Shown one piece after another: positions 1-36,195 of a stretch of DNA of 64,000 nucleotides. Both the position numbers and the translations under genes were made by a program. The stretch comes from the human T2T-CHM13v2.0 reference genome, Homo sapiens. Where the stretch lies: the NCBI RefSeq assembly GCF_009914755.1, contig NC_060931.1, one strand, 5' to 3'. Under the pieces are notes generated by a model. The model did not search any database. It had not been told where the DNA came from and saw nothing but the letters and a program-made list of their open reading frames with translations. Each line of letters opens with the position of its first letter. Within the stretch, counting starts at the first letter, position 1.

Positions 1-380
<380 letters not shown>

Positions 381-479
381 GTATCTAGTTTTAAATTAGT
401 TTTGGTCTCATCTGTGTTTGATGTAATTAATAAATAAATGAAAAGAGTTTAATAGCAAATAAATAAATGAGATGCAATA

Positions 480-700
480 TGATATGGTTAAAAAAATACT
501 TTTGGAGTCAGAGCTGACTCTGTCTAGTTCATGTCGTTTTGTTGTTTATTCTGTGACCTTAGGCAAGCCACTTAAATTCTGATCTTTAGTTTCCTGTTCA
601 GTGAAATAGGATTAATTGCAATTCATATTGTGAGGATTAAGTGAGCTCAAGTAAGGAAACAGCTAGCACAGTACAGTGCACATAGAATGTGCTCAGTGTA
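480..700 (+). mobile_element. MIR (similar MIR/L2 fragments near 5040-5200, 5580-5800, 7250-7470, 9010-9200, 15750-16300, 17100-17300, 52500-52810, 54290-54470)
   Basis: MIR core tgtgaccttaggcaagccacttaa..tgtgaggattaagtgag. Confidence 0.7.
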
Positions 701-2255
701 CCTTTCTCATTAGAGCCCGTAGTCTCCTGATGGATGTCTAGACTGAGGCTTCCTAAGAATTGTGAGCATAAAGTGACAAAGAGAGGAAACACTGGGACAC
801 AGGATTTTTCCCAGAGCTAACAAGTTTCCATTTTTGTTTGTACAGAAGTTCAGATTTCTTATGGCTAATTGTGTTGGATTGGGTTACATCTTGTTCTGTG
901 CACTTCAGAACAACTGCTACAATTCTGGGGCAGGGGAATAAAATAACATTTGGAATCAGTTAGTTAATGTACAGTCAGTTGGTCTGTATTCTGTATAATT
1001 GTCGTAGAAGGCAGAATCTTCCTGGAGAGGAAACACAAATGCTTCTGAAGTAGAATACTTCAGGGCTGTCTCTTACAAGAGAAAAATCAGAGAAGTGAAA
1101 GGAAGAGACCATCTGGCCACCAAACTCATACTTCACAGTTGGGCTTAGCTAGTCTATGGTCTTGGCATTCATTGTGCTGGGTTCCCATGCTTTGGGTAGG
1201 CCCTCCAGGACCAGTTCAAGCAACCCAAATGAATAAGAAGTGATATATATCATACATTAATTCTTCAATCACTTTGAGAGTAATTTACTCTTTGCCCCTT
1301 TGTAGGCATCTCCTTCTTGATGTCAAAGTCCCCAGGAGGCATCGTTAACTATCATAACGTTACCCACCAAGCATGAGATGGGAGGAAGTGGCATAGTCCA
1401 GTGGACAGTTTTTTCCAGGCTACTGTGAAACCTGATGTGTTATGCCGGCTCTGAAACAGACAGCTTCCCAAGTGACTCAGACCTTAAGGTTTCCCACAGT
1501 TTCCATTTCTATTCAGAATTTAATGTTGCTATTAAAAAGTAATGAGGCAGCTTTCTATGAATGCTGAGATGGTTAGGTAATACACAAACACACACACACT
1601 CACATTCCTCCCCTAAAAAAGAAGAAAGCAAAGAAAACCAGTACTTTTTGTAAATGCATGGCATATCTCAAAATTCAAAAGAAACTGGTAATAGTAGTTG
1701 CCTCTGGGAAGGTATACAGGGTGGCAGGGCTACAGGGCACAGGCGTAGGAAGGGGGACTAATTTAATTTAATTTAATTGTATATCCTTTGAATGCTATAC
1801 CTTAAGTATGTATTAACTATTCAAAAAAACTAAATTTTTTTTTAAAGAACATCTGTTCTTTAAAGTCATAGAACATTTTCATCACTCCAAGAAGTTCCTT
1901 CTTGCCCCTTTGCAAAGTTGTTTGGCTTTTCCAAGCCTCTGTGAAACCCCAGGAATTCAAGGAGGCCATGGAGAAGAATCCACTTTTCTATAGTAGCAAA
2001 ATATGGTGAGGAAAGAGAAGTGATTACTCCTAAAAAGAACACATAATTGTTGGTTATTCAATGACAAGGAGTGACAGTGTAGGTAAGGGGCCCAGAGCCA
2101 GAACCCAAGGCAAGTGTGTTTAATAACAGGAAAAAAGCTAAATAACTTTTGGTACAGCTACCTAGCAGTATATTCTGCAGTCATTAATTCTTTATGAAGA
2201 ATTATACAACAACATGACAAAATACTTAGGGTGTAATGTTATGTACCGAAAAGAA

Positions 2256-3733
<1,478 letters not shown>

Positions 3734-3839
3734 AAACTTAATTCTGCTTTCTGACTACAACTGTCAAAAAACATGCATAGAAGAAATGATTAGAAGTAAA
3801 TATTCCAGAAATTCCTATAGTTTATCTGTAGTTGAGACC

Positions 3840-4170
3840 TACCACTGTTTGATAGCCACCAGATACATGGGACTCTTGAGCACTTGAAAAGTTGTTAGTC
3901 CAAACTGAGATGTGTTATTAAGTGCAAAATACACACTGGATTTCTCAGACTTAGTATGAAAAGAAAATGTAAACTATCTAATTAATAATTTAAAAAATAC
4001 TGCGTGGTGAAATGTTAATATCTTGGATATACTGGGTTAAATAAACTTTTTTAAAAAATTAGTCTTTGTATCTTCAAAATTAACTTACATCTTTGTAATT
4101 TAAAAACTGTGGCTATGAGAATATTTAAAATTATATATAGCTCATGTTATATTTCTATTGGACAGTGTTA
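3840..4170. mobile_element. MER33/MER3-like hAT-Charlie element
   Basis: gagcacttgaaa..ctgagatgtg..aaatacacactggattt..atatttctattggacag. Confidence 0.6.
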
Positions 4171-4835
4171 GTCTAGGTTTTCTGTAATGTCATTTGATTA
4201 CATCTGTAATTCAGAAGGACTGAGAAAATAAGAGGCTGTCACAGAAGTTTGTGCAAGAGATGAGGTCATGTGGATGGATAGGTGAGGAGAGAGATGGAAG
4301 GTAAAATCGTGGCTCTTAGTGGTGGTTTTGAATGTAGAAGATTGAAAGAGGGAGAAATCTAGGAAAGCTGCTTGATTTCTAGTTGAATATGTTGGTAAAG
4401 TGGTTGGGGCTTATAACATAATGAGCATAGGGGAAAAGAAAAAAGAACCACAGTCAAGGAAGAAGTATCTAGGTGGCTTGGGTTAGTCCAGTGGCTCTGG
4501 GAACAAGGAGTGCCTAGAGCCCAGAAGGAAGCTGGCTTGCCTGCGCATTCTGGTGAAGGTTTCATGGTTCCTGTCCTCTGCTTCCAGAAGCACTGATCTG
4601 GGACACAGAGCCTTTGGGCCAAGAATTGGATCAAATGGATGGGAATTCATTTAGCCCAAACCATTAGTCTCATCTTTCTCCATAATAGATACAGCTTATT
4701 GGGTTAAAAGAATAAGATTAATTGAGAAGTCCTGTTCATGGTAGACTTTCAAAGGAAAACAAAAATGTAAATTCCAAATGATATGCCAGTCTTTGTGACG
4801 TCGGTATTCTGTTCCCTCCTGATTTGTCTGTGTAG

Positions 4836-4916
4836 GCCTTGCAGGAAAAGTCGTGGAATGTAGCTGCCCCTTCGTATTTGAAGCAGAGTGATTTGGCCTC
4901 AGCAGCAGCGAAACAG
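4836..4916 (+). pseudogene. INTS4 pseudogene exon (ALQEKSWNVAAPSYLKQSDLASAAAKQ)
   Basis: tgtag| acceptor, |gtaagc donor, 81 nt, phase 0/0. Confidence 0.92.
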
Positions 4917-5207
4917 GTAAGCTTATTCAGACCTTCCCTTCAAACAGGTCTCTGTCCAGGAATTGTCTGGTCCAAGGCGGAGCCAGAGGCCTTCCTGTAG
5001 CTCTGTACCTCTGCTGTGGCCTCCCTAATTTTAGGCTATGACAGAAGTTAGTGATATGAGAAGGAGCATAACTAGGGGACGCAGCACTCACTGTGGACTC
5101 AGGGGACCTGGGTCCTAGTCCCAGGTCTTCCTCTGATTTGCTGAGTGATATTGAGCAAGTTACTTAAATTCCCTAGATTTTTTCTCTTCTATAAAATGTG
5201 GCAGTTG

Positions 5208-5327
5208 GGCCAGGTGCGGTGGCTCACACCTGTAATCCCAGCACTTTGGGAGGCTGAGATGGGCGCATCACTTAAGGTTAGGAGTTTGAGACCAGCCTGG
5301 CCAACATGGTGAAACGCTGTCGCTACT
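5208..5327 (+). mobile_element. Alu left arm only, abruptly truncated
   Basis: Ends at gtcgctact with no A-rich linker. Confidence 0.9.
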
Positions 5328-6724
5328 GTCATGAATCTTTCATCTGAAAATGTAGCCCAACTCAGTTAAGGTTGTTTATATCTTTAGCCTGTACCATCTC
5401 TTCAACGTTAAAAGGTCCTGGGTAGTTCATTAAGTAGGCTTTAATTTTATTTGTCTCTAGTTTATTTCTTTTTAGCTTTGAGCCGTTCCCCTTTGCACCT
5501 AAGTATTGAGACTTGGTGATCTCTTGCAGGTCAAGTCTTCCAAATAGGAAGTCTGTAAATGACCCAGGAGAAAGCTAATGATGGTGACTGTTATTGTTAC
5601 ATTACAGTTCACTAAATGATTTCAAGTCTATTAGCTTAATTAACCCTCATAATAATCCCATTAGATAGGAATAAGTATTAAGTCTATTTTAGAGATGAGG
5701 CAGTTAAGGCTCAGCAAGGTTAAATTCATAGAGCTATAGGTAATACAGTCAGGACTTGAGACCAGATCCTCTGATACCCAGAATCTGTTTTCTACTACAG
5801 TGCTGAACTCTTATCTGATCCAGACTCTTTCTCAGACCTGGTATGTGGCTTATTGTAGAAGAGTAGCATTTAATGACTAGAACCCGATAATTGAGCCACA
5901 TTGGAAGGATGGGACCAGGGAGCAATAATTTGGAAGGAAAAGAGGAAAGGAATTACCATTGCTGTATACCAGATACTGTGATAAACACATTGCATGCTCC
6001 ATTTGATACTTGAAACTTCATGATATTGGTACTGTTTCTTCCCTGTTTACAGAAAGGGATTGAGACAGTCATGTAATTTAACTTGTCTTATTGCCAATTG
6101 TAAGAGAGTCTGGAGTCGTTTCCGTGACCCTAGAGTGTTCACTGGGAGGCAAGCACAGAAGAAAAAGAGAAGCATCATTTTGATGAAAATCGCTTATTTG
6201 GATGGAACCAAGCAAGATCGGGGACTTGATCTGGGGTCATAGACAATGTTTTCTTGCACTTATTTCCGTCCCAAACTCCCTCAGACCAGGCCCATGGAAC
6301 AGTCTGTCAGGATAACTAACATATGGTTAATAGTTCCTGATGCTTAATTCTTGAGGACTTTGTGGGGATTGGGTTTCCATACATAATATATATTAATTTG
6401 TTCCCACAGCAGAGTGGGCTTCATTTAGGGTAAGAAGCAGTGCTTTCAGTGCTTTGCAGTTTGCTTAGTGATTAAACTTTCTTATCTTCACATCATCAAC
6501 TAAGATGATTTTATTACCAGGTCAGTCTTCTTTTTAAATAGGCAAAATAATTTATTCTCTTTTTACAAGGCATACTATACTAATTTCTTTCCACACTTAA
6601 AAGCATAGGGATGTAAAATCTCAGTTAAGAGTTTCACCTAAGGTCATTTAACAGTAGAATTCTATGCTGCTCTCAAGTAAGACTATGATATTTTTATTGA
6701 TTGTTAATTATCTTTTCTTTATCG

Positions 6725-6855
6725 ATTATGGAAGAGACCTACAAAATGGAATTCATGTAGAGTGGTGTGGAGAATAAGCAGGTGGTGATTATACATCACA
6801 TGAGGCTGCAGGCCAAAGCTTTGCAACTTATAATAACAGCACGAACTACACGAGG
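6725..6855 (+). pseudogene. INTS4 pseudogene exon with disabled acceptor and premature stop (IMEETYKMEFM*SGVENKQVVIIHHMRLQAKALQLIITARTTRG)
   Basis: Polypyrimidine tract ends in atCG instead of AG at 6723-6724; in-frame TAG at 6758-6760; |gtaaga donor. Confidence 0.92.
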
Positions 6856-7874
6856 GTAAGATGTGGGGTTGGCCAAAATATGTGGCATGTTCCTTTCAAA
6901 GATACTTCGAATGCATTCAGACATCACACGAAAGTTAATGATAAGTAAAATGAAATTTAGGAAAGACTAGCTAAGGAATGTGTGATCTATTCATTTTTTT
7001 CAGATATTACAAATTCTGTTGTTGGATCAGATTAGACCCTTGGAAATCCAATTGTGCGTCTCCCTTGCTGAAAACCCTCTGGTGACTCTCCATTACATAT
7101 AGCACAACACTGGACTTTATCTGGCAATAAGGACATTCTGTATCCTCCTACTTGATAGATTTCCTCAAGAATTTAGTGCCAGGGACCACTTTTTCTGTTC
7201 TGAAGGGACTAATAAGCTTTTTCTCAGGCAATAAGGATAAATTAAGAGGATGTACTGGGAAGTCAGACTACTTTGTTCAAATCTTGTCTTTTCTACTTAC
7301 TAGTTGTTTGGTTATGAACCTTTCTGTACCTTGTTTCCCTGTACAAAATGAAAATGAAGACAGCATCTACCTCATGGCATTTCTATGAAGAATAAATGAG
7401 ATAATACAATATAAAAACACTTAGCATGGTACTTGATACGTAATAAGAGCTCAGTATAATTATAGCTGTAAGACTTTCAGATAACTGGAATTGCCACATT
7501 TCATTGATTCCAAGATACACATTTTTTATTATTGTAACTTCTCTGAAATCAGATATTTTGATGGTGTTCCATAGTGTTTTTTGTTTCTTACTATTTCATA
7601 AAATAAAGGTGCATCTTAAGAATGATGGCATCATAGATTTGATACAAAAAAGTACTTAGGTGACTCATTGCCAGCTCACAGACATGTTTGATGCTCAGTC
7701 CAGCTGCTGTGTCAAAAAAAAGTGGCATAGAGATATAAATATGAATGTTTAAACACAGAAACATACTAGGTCAGAAATAACATCCTGAAAAATAAAATAT
7801 TTTATTTCTTCACTTATCTTGATAGTGACCTCATAAAGTCAAAGAATCATTTAATCGTAAAGATATTCATATGT

Positions 7875-11945
<4,071 letters not shown>

Positions 11946-13967
11946 AGTAAATTCTTTAATATGCTCTTTTTAGTTTATCATTTCAGTTTACATTGTTGTT
12001 GATTCCACTGTTCTTAACTGTTGAGTTTGATTTCATTATTATGTGTTTTATTTCCAAGTGTGCTTCTCTACTATTTTTTTCCTTTTTTTTCTGCTGTATA
12101 GTTTCTCTTCTTGTCATCTGCTGTTTCTGTAGCAGTTTCTCTTGCTTTGTCAATGTAATATCCTTTTAAATCCCTGTTAACTCTCACTGAGGTTGTTGAT
12201 TAGAATTTTTTAAAAAGTTTTCTGTGCTTTCTTGCCTTGACTTAACTCTTTTTGAGGACTGCTTGGTCTCCTTTACAGCTCCTGATTGTCATTTATAACA
12301 CCTAGTCATTTTCCATTGTCTTTGCCTACTTACAGTGAAAGTCTAGACTAGTTTAAATTGGTAATTTGTATTCTTTAATGATTGTTAGCCCCCGAGTGAG
12401 CCTCACTTTCATAGCTTTCCTTCCCTCACACCAAAGGAAAAGTAGGAGATCTTAGTATTAGAGGCCTACTTCATGTATATGGCCTGTTGATGAGGATGCC
12501 TGCTCTTTTTTGACGTCTGGGGAGAGTTCCCAAATCTTTTTGTATTTTACTTCCTGGAGTCTCTCCAAGATGATTCTCTATATAATCAGGCAAACAAATG
12601 AGGAAATGTCACTGCTTGGCCAAATTGCTTTCCTTTGTGCCCTTGCTTGGCTGGAATTCTCCCTTCTAGCCCTCTCACTCCTTGTGGTGTTTGGTGGGTA
12701 ACCTCACTATGAAATTTCACTTCCATTTCTGGTAGAAGATTAGTTTAAAAACTTTCAAGTGCTACTTTTTTTTGTTGTTTTTTTTTTTCAGGAAAAGAAT
12801 TAGAATGAATGTTGCTTCCAGAGTAGGTTTCCATTTGCCATCTACCCCCGGCCCCATTTTTTGTTCATTCAGCAAATACTTATTGAATGCTGCCTGTGCT
12901 AGGAAATATATGATGAAGAATACAAAGTCTACTCGTGGAGACTATATTTTAATAAAAAGACGAAACTTTGACATCATTCTCTTACATATTTTTACATAAG
13001 GAAAGAGTATTTGTTTTATCTTGGTGGGAAATTTTATTCCTCCAATGAATAATATATTAAAGAAAACAAGTGGGAAATTTCATGCAGAAATTACATACAA
13101 GAAATAGGAAGAAAATATACAAAGGTCAAAACTTAGTAAGTCACATTGACCTAGCATGTTGCCTGGATTATTTAGGTATGCAATAACTTTTTACTGAAAT
13201 GGAATGTTCTCAAGTACTGCGAGGCCAAGTAATTCAAGATAGAGAGGAAGGAACACCATCCATGTCTGTCGGCAAAATAGTAGCAAAACCTTTTCCCCTC
13301 TTGCATAGGAATTTAGTTAACTTTTTAGGTATGTTTCTTGGAGCCCTTACAGTATCAACTACATTAGTAGGCTATACCGCTATGGAAAAAATGATCTCTG
13401 AGTAAATTGCATGTAGACCAGAAGGAAATATAAATGAACTAGTTTCCAGATGCCGATACAATGGCTGTAGGCTTCATTGAGTGCAGTGATTCTTGAAACT
13501 GGGTAGATCTTGCAGCAGTCCACACAGCTATCTGGGAGCTTTCATCCCAATGCTGACAGCTCATGTGCAAGGAGATGAGATCTAAATCAGATAGGTATAG
13601 AGACCATGCTAGCTGAGATGCTAATGAAGCAAGGACTCCTGAAGAAGGGGAACTTGACACTGTGCTGCCCACATGCTATGCTTCTCTTCTGTATTCGTAG
13701 TGAGTCTAGTGCCAAGTGTAGCCTGTGATAGTCTTTGATTTTTAATATTCTTTGAGCTTAATGGGCACTGCAGTGGTTTAATCAGGTCTTGGGATCCCGA
13801 CAGGTGTTTCCCCCAGGTCCATTAGGAGTCTTCTGTTACTTTTAGAGATCGTTTTTATAGTGTAATATACTAATTTTCCTTTAATTTAGGCTCAGGTTTC
13901 TGGGACTTTTGGTCCTCCTCAGTTTGCAGATTTCACAAGCAAATTATTTTACGTTTCTTTTCTACAG

Positions 13968-14027
13968 ACTTTACCCCTTATTTGGGATGTGTGAAAAATT
14001 TTTACAGGAAGTAGACTTTTTTCAGAG
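13968..14027 (+). pseudogene. INTS4 pseudogene exon (GLYPLFGMCEKFLQEVDFFQR)
   Basis: ttttctacag| and |gtaagt, 60 nt, phase 2/2. Confidence 0.9.
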
Positions 14028-14350
14028 GTAAGTATTTTATAACTCTTCCGGCTTATAAAATCTTGGTTACACGGAGTATAGCACTTGCAGGCAATAGGAA
14101 CAATCACAAATCACATTCCTTGGTTTAGCTTGTACAGCCAGGCTATCATCTGTGGCCATGTCGTTAACCTTAAATTAGGAAAAAAAAAACTAATTTGGTT
14201 TTTTTCTTAATATTATAGAAACTTCTTTGAAGTTGGAGCTTCAAAACTAAACCTACCAGGAATCACTTGCATTTAGCACTCAGCTAGGCCATAAAAACAC
14301 AAGTAATATGAAGAAAACGTGTAAATACGTTTGTTGAAAAAAATCATTAG

Positions 14351-15745
<1,395 letters not shown>

Positions 15746-16486
15746 TTCTAGTTTTGAATCTGAAATAAGTTCATGCCTTACTTTTGGCTTTAGATTCTTT
15801 AAAGTAGAGAGTCTGTTTTTGCACAGTTGGGTTGAAAAGATTTTTGGGAAGATGATAGCTCTGAATCCCCAAAGTTCTTCATCTGATGTTCTTAATTCAT
15901 CCTTTGAGTTCCTGCACAGATATCACCTCCTCAGTGAGATATTTTTTGACTATCCACTGGCACGAGGCCCAAAATTGGATCAGTCTGAGCCAGGAGTAAC
16001 GTACTTAACTTTTCTGAGCCTCAGTGAGGCATCATCCCCTCTGAGTCTCAGTGTTTTCTGCCACTTGAATGTAAGCTCCATTGAAGCAATCGTTTTGTTC
16101 TCTTTTGTTCACTGTGTTTCCAGAACCTAAAATAGTGCTTGGTGCTTCGTAGGTCTTAAAAATGTATTTGTTAAAATAATTAATGAATCTATAATATGAA
16201 AATAAAAATTCTAATGATGCTTAGGATTGCTGGGAGTTAAATAAGATCATGTAAAACACTTAAGAGTATGCCTGGCACATAATGGTTATCAATAAACAGA
16301 GGCCTTTCTGATGATCATGTGACTGAGGCATGATTGTATAGGTACCAGTCTATCTTGGTCGTAAATTGCAAGCTCTTCTCACTTCATCATTCTTCCTACT
16401 TCAGGGTTTGGTAGGTGTCTGGGGCCCAGCCTGTGGTGAACGTGTGCACAGTTGAATGAGTCAGTTGCTTCTGTTTGTTCCTCCAG

Positions 16487-16646
16487 GTATTTCATCGCTG
16501 ATTTGCCCCACTTGCAGGACAGCTTTGTGGACAAACTCCTTGACCTTATGCCCCGATTCATGACATCCAAACCTGCAGAAGTGGTCAAAATTCTACAGAC
16601 CATGCTGCGACAGAGTGCCTTTCTGCATCTCCCACTTCCAGAGCAG
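16487..16646 (+). pseudogene. INTS4 pseudogene exon (YFIADLPHLQDSFVDKLLDLMPRFMTSKPAEVVKILQTMLRQSAFLHLPLPEQ)
   Basis: cctccag| and |gtcagg; lies inside ORF 16452..16712. Confidence 0.92.
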
Positions 16647-16864
16647 GTCAGGGTCTATTTGGCCCCTGTAGGCCAAATCTGTCCAGACGGTCAAAAATCT
16701 TTACCTTGGTGATCTTCTTTGACCAATGGAGCAGCTGGGCTAGGCTCTTCCTCTGAGTGGCTCCCACATGCCCACTCATTAGATAAGGAGACAGAAAAAA
16801 GATGTGTTTTCTTGTCCAGGAATGACCTGGCTTTAGAATCATAGGATTTTCCTCTTGCTTACAG

Positions 16865-17008
16865 ATCCACAAAGCCTCAGCCACCATCATTGAGCCAGCA
16901 GGCGAGTCAGACAACCCTTTGCGGTTTACCTCTGGGTTGGTGGTTGCCCTGGATGTTGATGCAACCCTGGAGCATGTGCAGGATCCTCAGAACACTGTTA
17001 AGGTCCAG
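16865..17008 (+). pseudogene. INTS4 pseudogene exon (IHKASATIIEPAGESDNPLRFTSGLVVALDVDATLEHVQDPQNTVKVQ)
   Basis: cttacag| and |gtctgt, 144 nt, open frame. Confidence 0.92.
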
Positions 17009-18189
17009 GTCTGTCGGGTTTGGGTCCTCGTGGAGCTTCTAGACTGACCTTGTGTTGAAGTATTTAATGTTAGTACCCCTGTAGTCTCTACTTGAGGGAC
17101 AGAAACTGGGACAGGAGAAGAAATGAGCTTCTGTGGGAAAGAACCTAGGCTTGAATCTCAACTACTGCTGAGTGTGGTTTGGAGCAAGTTACTTTAAACT
17201 CTGAGTCTCAGATTCTACAACTGACAAATAGGAGGAGTTGACATAAAGAGATAATGTATTTAAAGCCCCCAGGACCCAGTAAGCGTTCAGTAAATGATAA
17301 GACCTTTTCTAATCTTGTAATGTGACGTTAAGATTTGGTCTTTTGTTACAGAAAACTATAATAAACAAGTTCCTTTCAGGCTGTGAGTCAGTCAGCTGGC
17401 AGATAAAATTTATGGATGGGAAAAAGCGATTACTAGGAAATATTCTTTCCCAAGTTACATAGATGTAATAGAGACACATGAGAAATGTAGTAGAGACACT
17501 AATCAATTCAGACAGTGCAGTTAAGCCCCACAAAGAGTACTACTCCTTCATTCATCCATCTGTCCACTCATTCATCCTTCCTTCCATCCATCTGTGCAAT
17601 CGTGTTTACTCTATTGCATGCACTAAGTGCTGTGGTTGCCAAGGTAAATATGTCACAGTTCTTCCTCTCAGGGTGTGCACAGTTTCACTGAGAGACATAC
17701 AAATGGGCAGGCAATTATAAAACAGGGTTTGGTGAGTAGACATGCACAGGATGGGTCATCTCCTAGACTGTCTCCTAAAAAACCCTTTCAAAGCACCTCT
17801 ATCACATGCAGGGCTAAACCTTTTAGAGTATTCAATTTGGAGTGTGGTGGAGGCTCAGGAAAGGAAAGGAGAAGGGCACAAGGGATATGAGAGAAGGGCC
17901 AAAGGGATATGAGTCAAAGCAGGGATGCAAGCACTGGCAGGAAGTACAATAAGGGGACAGAAAAATAGGCTGGAACAGGCAGAGAAGGCTTCCTGGAGGA
18001 GGTAAGGATGAATCAGGCCTTGAAGATTACGCTTTTCGGCTATGGTGACAATAAAGGACTGGGCCTTCTGGCTTCCAAGCAGAAATTATTATAAATTATG
18101 AGACCTGCAGAGAACTAGTTCTGAGCTAGCTGTGAAGTTGTATTGCATATTGGAGTGTTTTTGTTTTGTTTTGTTTTTTTCCACATTAG

Positions 18190-18345
18190 TGGTTGTCCAC
18201 CTTCACTGCACTTTAGGATTACTCAGAAAGCATTAAGAACAGATGAATAGGTGTCAGCCTACATTAATTAAATCAAAATCCTGAGAATAGGGCCTATGGA
18301 CACTAGTGTTTAAGAGTTCATAGGTGATTCTAATACGTAGTCAGT
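18190..18345. mobile_element. MER5-like hAT element
   Basis: agtggtt..aatcaaaatc..ggtgattctaat. Confidence 0.5.
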
Positions 18346-18754
18346 GATACCAGCAGAACTACTGTTTTACCTTGTCCCTGAAAAAAAACTTCACTGATCA
18401 CCTGAGTGTAAAGGAGATTGTGGGCAGGTTACTTAAGGGTCATCTCCTAGACTGTCTCCTAAACCCCCTTCAAAGCACATCTACCACACGCAAGGCTAAA
18501 CCTTTTAGATACCTTATAGGTAGAGGGACAGGAAACTCACTGCCCCATCGTGGGACAGGTCCAGTGCTTTGAAAGTGCCATCCAGTCCAGTCACCACACC
18601 CTGAGTCATTCCTCTGTTCCAGGCACTACTTCAGGTGCTCGATAGAGATATAGCAGTAAACATGCCTCAGAGATGACACTGAGATTACATTCCCCATTAA
18701 AATACTGTAGATCTGTTCTTTAAAGCAAAGCCTGCAGAACTCCATTCATTAACT

Positions 18755-20475
<1,721 letters not shown>

Positions 20476-20784
20476 TTAACATCTGTTAATGAGAACTTTC
20501 CTCGATTAAATATTCTGTCATTGGAGATTGGTACATTTCTTTGTCAAGGGCAACAGTTTTTAAGCCATTCACATACACACGTTCCTGGGAGAAGTGACAC
20601 TGGGGAGATTTTTTTTTAACCCCTGAAAATGAACATATTGGAGAATACATTCATGATCTCTCCACAGGCTCTAATAAAGGGGGGGAGACCTGGGTTCTGC
20701 ACCTGGCCTTGTTGTCGTGGTTACGGTTGCTTTCAGGCAATGGCACCTGTTCTCCAGGTGTGTCTGGACTTGTACTTGCTTTAG

Positions 20785-24520
<3,736 letters not shown>

Positions 24521-24637
24521 AGGATCAACTCCGTGTGACCCTTGAAATCCTGGAGAGTGACATTTCTAAAATAGAAGTCAGATTTCTTTTAGATTTGTGC
24601 CCATATAGTACTGTTTATTATTAGAATAATCTTAAAA

Positions 24638-29690
<5,053 letters not shown>

Positions 29691-29699
29691 TAGGGAGTT

Positions 29700-34933
<5,234 letters not shown>

Positions 34934-35259
34934 ATTCCTGAGGTTTTAATAACCTGATGTTTCTCTCCTGTTGGAGACAACCCTGAAGATCAGTTTTTAC
35001 CCCAGAGGACTGACCAACAAGAGGTCAAGGTGTGCTTGAAAAAGCTGGTGTAGGAGTTGGTTCAGGAAAGGTCAGGCTGTCCAAGCATTCAGGAATACCT
35101 GTGTGACTCTCCTTGTAATTAGCACTCAGGTCCCAGAGAGCTACTCACTGCATGTGTCTTTGACCTGCTGTTGATTCATCTCCTCTGCTAAGAAGGTGGC
35201 TGATGGCTGGGCTATTTACACCTAGGAGGGTGTTCCAGGCCAGGCCCCAGGGAGCCTAA

Positions 35260-35671
35260 AATAATCAAAAAGGTCAGAATCTAATTTGAAAATAATGTCT
35301 TCAAAGTAAAATATTGAGGGTGGCCACAAGGAGAATAGATTTAAGTTGACCTGAATATACATTTCAATTAACAACTGTTAAAAGTGGGTATTTTTGAAAA
35401 AAACAACAAGGCAGTTTCTAAGTTGTTTACCAATAATTTACATTGAATTCATAAGCTATTGATTGGCTACATGTTTTTCTTTGTTTTACAAATTCCCAGA
35501 AAGAGAAATAATGGGTGAGACAGCTAGTCCAAAATGAAACTTTTTAAAGCAATTGTCCCTGGGCACAGGTGTGGGGTGAGACTGAAGTCCCATACTTTCA
35601 TTTCTGTGTGCTTGATAAATTTTGCAGCCCTCACAGACCTGAGACTGTTCTGAGATATTTTTCTTCTCTCA
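35260..35671 (-). mobile_element. ERV1 (MER4-group) LTR, subfamily uncertain
   Basis: LTR-like body ending ttttcttctctca. Confidence 0.45.
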
Positions 35672-36195
35672 CCTCCTTGTTCAGGACACATGAACCATTA
35701 ACAAGAAAAATATTTAAATAAGAAACTCACCAAGCCAGGAGAATAATGAATACCTGGATGTGCCCCCTAGGAATCTGGATCTCTTCTCTTTTCCCCACCC
35801 TGCCCTCAACTCCCCTTACATACATACAGCCTGGATCACAAGACCCAAGAAAACCATTCCACCAGCTGCTGAGAGAAGAGCCACAAAAGGACCCAGAACT
35901 TCTCCATGGCTACCTTAGAGCACCCTAAAATGTGCTAACAGCCATTGTTAGCATTCAGGAGCTGTTTATTCCCATTTTCACACTACACTAAAGAATTTTA
36001 AACAATCACAAGATAGACTGGCTGGAAGTTGGTGCTTGGAACATCCCACGTCACCTAAAAGCACAGTGCTGCAATCTCAGGTACACATCTGCCCATCTGC
36101 TACCCAAATAAAACAATTGTTATCAAGAAACCAGAGCCCATGCAATGGCGATGCATCAGCTGGGTGTGGTAGTGGCCAGCTAGCAGGGCCTTGGC

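Noticed and set aside
13200-13700. Possible extra exon or retrocopy in the INTS4 intron (also 850-1560 and 38770-39110)
   Set aside because: No recognisable peptide or consistent splice pair; the INTS4 frame is complete without it. Left uncalled.
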